Shown one piece after another: positions 53,201-62,200 of a stretch of 64,000 nt of DNA. The stretch is from Ranitomeya imitator (taxonomy: Eukaryota), in contig NC_091289.1 in the NCBI RefSeq assembly GCF_032444005.1, positions 164,486,001-164,550,000 on the forward strand, in the 5' to 3' direction. The notes beneath the pieces are model-generated. The model was not told where the DNA came from. It did no database searches and saw only the letters and a list, made by a program, of their open reading frames with translations. A program made the position numbers and the translations under genes. Numbering within the stretch: the stretch's first letter is position 1; the number at the start of each line of letters is the position of its first letter.

Positions 53201-56200
53201 CTGCAGCACACGTTTAACATTTTAGTAACATGTAATATAATGAACAACCTGAGATCACTCTGATTAGATTAAAATACGTTTTGATCCATTTCATCATCTA
53301 GCAAGGTATTGAATAGACTGAATGATTAAATCATCTAGTTAATTAACCCCTTAGTGACAGAGCCAAATTTTTGAAATCTGACCAGTGTCACTTTATGTGG
53401 TAATAACTCTGGAATGCTTCAACAAATCCCAGTGATTTTGAGATTGTTTTTTCGTGACACATTATACTTTATGATAATGGTAAATTTAGGTTGATATGCT
53501 TTATGTTTATTTATAAAAAATATCAGAAATTTGAAAAAAATGTTAAAAAATTAGCAATTTGCAAACTTTGAATGATTATCCCTTTTATCCCGATAGTCAT
53601 ACCACAGCAAAACATTAATAAATAACATTTCCCACATGTCGGCTTTACAACAGCACCATTTGCAAAATGTTATTTTATTTTGTTAGCATTTTAGGAGGAT
53701 TAAAAATGTAGCAACAATTTAAATTTTTTTCAAGGAAATTTACAAAATGTATTTTTTTTAGGGACCTATCCATGTTTGAAGTGAATTTCGGGGTCCTATT
53801 TATAGGGAAATCCCCACAAGTGACACCATTTTAAAAACAGCACCCCCTGATATATTGAAAACTGCAGTCAGGTCGTTTGTTAACCCTTCGGGTGATTTTC
53901 AGGAATTAATGCAAAGTGTCATGAGAAAAATGAAAATGTGTATTTTTATCACCTAAATGTCACTAACTTCTGAACAGATTACTACAGCCGACAGACTCTA
54001 AGGCCGCTATTTGGTCATGAATTGCCATGGCAAACATCAGGACCACACAATTATGATCTGAGACCACCAATTGGGATAAAGAGGAAGCCCCCACAGTCTG
54101 TTAACCGTTTATAATGATGTAGTCACTATTGACAGCAGCATCTAGGGGGTTAAATAGATTTGGACGGTGCAAACACTGATCGTGGCTGATGCAGCAAGTT
54201 GTCAGCTATAGTGGACAGCTGACAGCTACTGGATTGTCACCCGTATGGGGATATAAGTCTCTTATATCTCAGGTCAGTTAAAAGGCGTATTGGCGGTCAC
54301 TAAGGGGTTAAAGCATCCATTTGTTTTAGTGAAGACCTATAATACCATACATACACCAATAGAAACATGCTAGTCAGCCACCATTTCATCTATAGGTTGA
54401 AAATAAATTCGTAAGATTTTTTTTTCTTGTTTCCTAATAGTTAATGGTCAGTGCTCAACATCTGCCAAACAGTTAGCTGAACCACTTGCAGAGTAAGTTT
54501 AACAAGCAGCTAAGGGTCTCAGCCTTTTGAGATTTTTTCTTGTACCTCTTCTTTTGTCTGCATTCTTCTTACATGTTTATGCACCGTTTTTCTAGAGTAC
54601 TGTGCCCATCTGGCTGCCATAAACATCCAAACAATGTGTGGGGTACAGGTTTCTACAACTATGTAAGTTGCCTCTAAAACTGAAAAATATAATCCTCTGT
54701 GAACGTGTGTTTGCCATATGTTAAAGTTCTATGGTATTAAAAGCAATAGTAACAAAATACTCATTTATTTATCTTTCTTTTCGCTTTAGGAATCTTCAAT
54801 ATGTCAAGCAGCAATACATTGGGGAATATTGAGTCCAGAAGATAGTAAAGTCATAATAGTGGAAAGAATCCCAGGTCAAAAGAGTTATGAACAATCAACC
54901 AGGAATGGAATTACATCAAAATCATTTGGCGCTTCTCCTTGGTCCTTTAAAGTTAGATTGTCAATTGAAGAACCAGAGGAGCCAGATCGGGAACCATTTA
55001 GATTACCAGCAGGTGATTCATGTCTACTATTTTTCCATAGCATGCAAGAGTTTTATATCAACAACAATGTGCTTATGTTACAAATTGCTTAGAAACCACA
55101 AAAGGTTTAAAACTAAATCGGTCCATATGAAAAAACAAATACACAAGTTCATTTAAGATAAAAATTTTGCAGCAGTAACTATACTATATAGTTGCTAGAT
55201 AAAATAGTTCTCATTCTCCACTGCAGGTTGGCAAAAGCAGTATGGGTTTATATAATTATTATGTCTTGCAACCGAGTTTCTTTTCAATTTTTAGACAACT
55301 TCTCCAAAGTGATGATTTACGGAACACTAAGAGTTGATATCACTTTTTATAGATACTGTTAGAATTTATGCACATTTCTTACCAAATTCTGTAGTTTAGT
55401 TTTCCTTTCCAAACTCAGATTCAGCTGTGTGTCAGCATGCTATTTTATATACCAACTTATTCAAAAGTTATTTTCATTCTATTACCCGATATGTAATTTC
55501 CATTTTAGGAAAATCATCTTGTTCATTAACTGCACTACAAGTTAAAGATCGTTCAGCAGAGTAAGCATTGTTTTCTGTTTTCATTCCATTTTCCTACATT
55601 AGCTCTATCGTTTCATTAAATCAATTGTCAAAGTCTTCTCACAAAATAATGACTTATCCAAAAGAAAATTTTAATTTTCTGGGTTTCATTTGCTTAGAAT
55701 GGACTGTCCATCTGATTGTATGAAAGCCAAATCTCCAGTTTATGGATCTGGAACCTACGCATCAGTAAGTTGAAATGTTAAATAAGAGCGTAAGTACATT
55801 GAAAATGTAGCTGTGACTGTGGCGAAAAAAAAAAACTAGAGAAATAAAGTAAGAAAAATGTAAGAAAAGTTGTATTATTAGATATCTACCTTTTTCCGTA
55901 GGTTTCCTCCATGTGCAGAGCAGCTCTTCATGATGGAGTGATAGACAACAAAGGAGGAAAAATATTTATTGAAAAGGTTAAAGGGCTACCTAGTTATGAA
56001 GAAAGCACAAGGAATGGAGTGAAGTCCAATAAATACGGCTCTTCTAAAGAATCATTTAGAGTCTATAAGCCAAAGAGTAAACCTTCTGGATGGGAAACTG
56101 TGATGAAACCAGAGCTTACTGATCACACATCAACATTTGAAGCTTTGGAACCCTCCAAACAAACAGACCCTTTCCATCCTAAAGGAACAGAAGTAAATAC

Positions 56201-59200
56201 TGAATCAGGTGGAAAGAAAACTAAGAAACCGATAGGTAACATTTTTTCATAAAGTATATTAAAATGCACACTGATAGTCAAAACAAAATACTTCTGTGAT
56301 AGTATGAAGTGAAAAAATACACTTATTCCTAAATTAAAGAAAAAAGGCAGTGGCTACAGAGATTGTAGAAGAATTTATAGGACACCAGCCACTCAAATTC
56401 ATTGCTGCTCCCAGTATACTCACACAATGACATATTTTAATATATTCTTTAATTTTACAGTATGCAATTATTTGCTTTCTCATGAAATGCGGGATATAAC
56501 ACTGCAGCACACGTTTAACATTTTAGTAACATGTAATATAATGAACAACCTGAGATCACTCTGATTAGATTAAAATACGTTTTGATCCATTTCATCATCT
56601 AGCAAGATATTGAATAGGCTGGATGATTAAATCATCTAGTTAATTAAAGCATCCATTTGTTTCAGTGAGGACCTATAATACCATACATACACCAATAGAA
56701 ACATGCTAGTCAGCCACCATTTCATCTATAGGTTGAAAATAAATTCGTAAGATTTTTTTTCTTTTTTCCTAATAGTTAATGGTCAGTGCTCAACATCTGC
56801 CAAACAGTTGGCTGAACCACTTGCAGAGTAAGTTTAGCAAGCAGCTAAGGGTCTCAGCCTTTTGAGATTTTTTCTTGTACCTCTTCTTTTGTCTGCATTC
56901 TTCTTACATGTTTATGCACCGTTTTTCTAGAGTACTGTGCCCATCTGGCTGCCATAAACATCCAAACAATGTGTGGGGTACAGGTTTCTACAACTATGTA
57001 AGTTGCCTCTAAAACTGAAAAATATAATCCTCTGTGAATGTGTGTTTGCCATATGTTAAAGTTCTATGGTATTAAAAGCAATAGTAACAAAATACTCATT
57101 TATTTATCTTTCTTTTCGCTTTAGGAATCTTCAATATGTCAAGCAGCAATACATTGGGGAATATTGAGTCCAGAAGATAGTAAAGTCATAATAGTGGAAA
57201 GAATCCCAGGTCAAAAGAGTTATGAACAATCAACCAGGAATGGAATTACATCAAAATCATTTGGCGCTTCTCCTTGGTCCATTAAAGTTAGATTGTCAAT
57301 TGAAGAACCAGAGGAGCCAGATCGGGAACCATTTAGATTACCAGCAGGTGATTCATGTCTACTATTTTTCCATAGCATGCAAGAGTTTTATATCAAGAAC
57401 AATGTGCTTATGTTACAAATTGCTTAGAAACCACAAAAGGTTTAAAACTAAATCGGTCCATATGAAAAAACAAATACACAGGTTCATTTAAGATAAAAAT
57501 TTTGCAGCAGTAACTATACTATATAGTTGCTAGATAAAATAGTTCTCATTCTCCACTGCAGGTTGGCAAAAGCAGTATGGGTTTATATAATTATTATGTC
57601 TTGCAACCGAGTTTCTTTTCAATTTTTAGACAACTTCTCCAAAGTGATGATTTACGGAACACTAAGAGTTGATATCACTTTTTATAGATACTGTTAGAAT
57701 TTATGCACATTTCTTACCAAATTCTGTAGTTTAGTTTTCCTTTCCAAACTCAGATTCAGCTGTGTGTCAGCATGCTATTTTATATACCAACTTATTAAAA
57801 AGTTATTTTCATTCTATTACCCGATATGTAATTTCCATTTTAGGAAAATCATCTTGTTCATTAAGTGCTCTGGAAGTTAAAGATCGTTCTGCAGAGTAAG
57901 CATTGTTTTCTGTTTTCATTCCATTTTCCTACATTAGCTCTATCGTTTCATTAAATCAATTGTCAAAGTCTTCTCAAAAAATAATTACTTATCCAAAAGA
58001 AAATTTTAATTTTCTGGGTTTCATTTGCTTAGAATGGACTGTCCATCTGATTGTATGAAAGACAAATCTCCAGTTTATGGATCTGGAACCTATGCATCAG
58101 TAAGTTGAAATGTTAAATATGAGCGTAAGTACAATGAAAATATAGCTGTGACTGTGGAAAAAGAACTAGAGGAATAAAGAAATAAAAATTTAAGAAAAGT
58201 TGTATTATTAGATATCTACCTTTTTCCGTAGGTTTCCTCCATGTGCAGAGCAGCTCTTCATGATGGAGTAATAGACAACAAAGGAGGAAAAATATTTATT
58301 GAAAAGGTTAAAGGGCTACCTAGTTATGAAGAAAGCACAAGGAATGGAGTGAAGTCCAATAAATACGGCTCTTCTAAAGAATCATTTAGAGTCTATAAGC
58401 CAAAGAGTAAACCTTCTGGATGGGAAACTGTGAAGAAACCAGAGCTTACTGATCACACATCAACATTTGAAGCTTTGGAACCCTCCAAACAAACAGACCC
58501 TTTCCATCCTAAAGGAACAGAAGGAAATACTGAATCAGGTGGAAAGAAAACTAAGAAACCGATAGGTAACATTTTTTCATAAAGTATATTAAAATGCATA
58601 CTGATAGTCAAAACAAAATATTTCTGTGACAGTAGGAAGTGAAAAAATACACTTATTCCTAAATTACAGCAAAAAGGCAGTGGCTACAGAGATTGTAGAA
58701 GAATTTATAGGACACCAGCCACTCAAATTCATTGCTGCACCCAGTATACTCACACAATGACATATTTTAATATATTCTTTAATTTTACAGTATGCAATTA
58801 TTTGCTTTCTCATGAAATGCGGGATATAACACTGCAGCACACGTTTAACATTTTAGTAACATGTAATATAATGAACAACCTGAGATCACTCTGATTAGAT
58901 TAAAATACGTTTTGATCCATTTCATCATCTAGCAAGATATTGAATAGGCTGGATGATTAAATCATCTAGTTAATTAAAGCATCCATTTGTTTCAGTGAGG
59001 ACCTATAATATCATACATACACCAATAGAAACATGCTAGTCAGCCACCATTTCATCTATAGGTTGAAAATAAATTCGTAAGATTTTTTTCTTTTTTCCTA
59101 ATAGTTAATGGTCAGTGCTCAACATCTGCCAAACAGTTGGCTGAACCACTTGCAGAGTAAGTTTAACAAGCAGCTAAGGGTCTCAGCCTTTTGAGATTTT

Positions 59201-62200
59201 TTCTTGTACCTCTTCTTTTGTCTGCATTCTTCTTACATGTTTATGCACCGTTTTTCTAGAGTACTGTGCCCATCTGGCTGTCATAAACATCCAAACAATG
59301 TGTGGGGTACAGGTTTCTACAACTATGTAAGTTGCCTCTAAAACTGAAAAATATAATCCTCTGTGAACGTGTGTTTGCCATATGTTAAAGTTCTATGGTA
59401 TTAAAAGCAATAGTAACAAAATACTCATTTATTTATCTTTCTTTTCGCTTTAGGAATCTTCAATATGTCAAGCAGCAATACATTGGGGAATATTGAGTCC
59501 AGAAGATAGTAAAGTCATAATAGTGGAAATAATCCCAGGTCAAAAGAGTTATGAACAATCAACCAGGAATGGAATTACATCAAAATCATTTGGCGCTTCT
59601 CCTTGGTCCTTTAAAGTTAGATTGTCAATTGAAGAACCAGAGGAGCCAGATCGGGAACCATTTAGATTACCAGCAGGTGATTCATGTCTACTATTTTTCC
59701 ATAGCATGCAAGAGTTTTATATCAAGAACAATGCGCTTATGTTACAAATTGCTTAGAAACCACAAAAGGTTTAAAACTAAATTGGTCCATATGAAAAAAC
59801 AAATACACAAGTTCATTTAAGATAAAAATTTTGCAGCAGTAACTATACTATATAGTTGCTAGATAAAATAGTTCTCATTCTCCACTGCAGGTTGGCAAAA
59901 GCAGTATGGGTTTATATAATTATTATGTCTTGCAACCGAGTTTCTTTTCAATTTTTAGACAACTTCTCCAAAGTGATGATTTACAGAACACTAAGAGTTG
60001 ATATCACTTTTTATAGATACTGTTAGAATTTATGCACATTTCTTACCAAATTCTGTAGTTTAGTTTTCCTTTCCAAACTCAGATTCAGCTGTGTGTCAGC
60101 ATGCTATTTTATATACCAACTTATTCAAAAGTTATTTTCATTCTAATACCCGATATGTAATTTCCATTTTAGGAAAATCATCTTGTTCATTAACTGCACT
60201 ACAAGTTAAAGATCGTTCGGCAGAGTAAGCATTGTTTTCTGTTTTCATTCCATTTTCCTACATTAGCTCTATCGTTTCATTAAATCAATTGTCAAAGTCT
60301 TCTCACAAAATAATGATTTATCCAAAAGAAAATTTTAATTTTCTGGGTTTCATTTGCTTAGAATGGACTGTCCATCTGATTGTATGAAAGCCAAATCTCC
60401 AGTTTATGGATCTGGAACCTACGCATCAGTAAGTTGAAATGTTAAATAAGAGCATAAGTACATTGAAAATGTAGCTGTGACTGTGGCAAAAAATAAACTA
60501 GAGAAATAAAGTAAGAAAAATGTAAGAAAAGTTGTATTATTAGATATCTACCTTTTTCCGAAGGTTTCCTCCATGTGCAGAGCAGCTCTTCATGATGGAG
60601 TAATAGACAACAAAGGAGGAAAAATATTTATTGAAAAGGTTAAAGGGCTACCTAGTTATGAAGAAAGCACAAGGAATGGAGTGAAGTCCAATAAATACGG
60701 CTCTTCTAAAGAATCATTTAGAGTCTATAAGCCAAAGAGTAAACCTTCTGGATGGGAAACTGTGAAGAAACCAGAGCTTACTGATCACACATCAACATTT
60801 GAAGCTTTGGAACCCTCCAAACAAACAGACCCTTTCCATCCTAAAGGAACAGAAGTAAATACTGAATCAGGTGGAAAGAAAACTAAGAAACCGATAGGTA
60901 ACATTTTTTCATAAAGTATATTAAAATGCACACTGATAGTCAAAACAAAATACTTCTGTGATAGTATGAAGTGAAAAAATACACTTATTCCTAAATTAAA
61001 GAAAAAAGGTAGTGGCTACAGAGATTGTAGAAGAATTTATAGGACACCAGCCACTCAAATTCATTGCTGCTCCCAGTATACTCACACAATGACATATTTT
61101 AATATATTCTTTAATTTTACAGTATGCAATTATTTGCTTTCTCATGAAATGCGGGATATAACACTGCAGCACACGTTTAACATTTTAGTAACATGTAATA
61201 TAATGAACAACCTGAGATCACTCTGATTAGATTAAAATACGTTTTGATCCATTTCATCATCTAGCAAGGTATTGAATAGACTGAATGATTAAATCATCTA
61301 GTTAATTAAAGCATCCATTTGTTTTAGTGAGGACCTATAATACCATACATACACCAATAGAAACATGCTAGTCAGCCACCATTTCATCTATAGGTTGAAA
61401 ATAAATTCGTAAGATTTTTTTTTCTTTTTTCCTAATAGTTAATGGTCAGTGCTCAACATCTGCCAAACAGTTGGCTGAACCACTTGCAGAGTAAGTTTAA
61501 CAAGCAGCTAAGGGTCTCAGCCTTTTGAGATTTTTTCTTGTACCTCTTCTTTTGTCTGCATTCTTCTTACATGTATATGCACCCTTTTTCTAGAGTACTG
61601 TGCCCATCTGGCTGCCATAAACATCCAAACAATGTGTGGGGTACAGGTTTCTACAACTATGTAAGTTGCCTCTAAAACTGAAAAATATAATCCTCTGTGA
61701 ACGTGTGTTTGCCATATGTTAAAGTTCTATGGTATTAAAAGCAATAGTAACAAAATACTCATTTATTTATCTTTCTTTTCGCTTTAGGAATCTTCAATAT
61801 GTCAAGCAGCAATACATTGGGGAATATTGAGTCCAGAAGATAGTAAAGTCATAATAGTGGAAAGAATCCAAGGTCAAAAGAGTTATGAACAATCAACCAG
61901 GAATGGAATTACATCAAAATCATTTGGCGCTTCTCCTTGGTCCTTTAAAGTTAGATTGTCAATTGAAGAACCAGAGGAGCCAGATCGGGAACCATTTAGA
62001 TTACCAGCAGGTGATCCATGTCTACTATTTTTCCATAGCATGCAAGAGTTTTATATCAAGAACAATGTGCTTATGTTACAAATTGCTTAGAAACCACAAA
62101 GGTTTTTAAACTAAATTGGTCCATATGAAAAAACAAATACACAATTTCATTTAAGATAAAAATTTTGCAGCAGTAACCATACTATATAGTTACTAGACAA

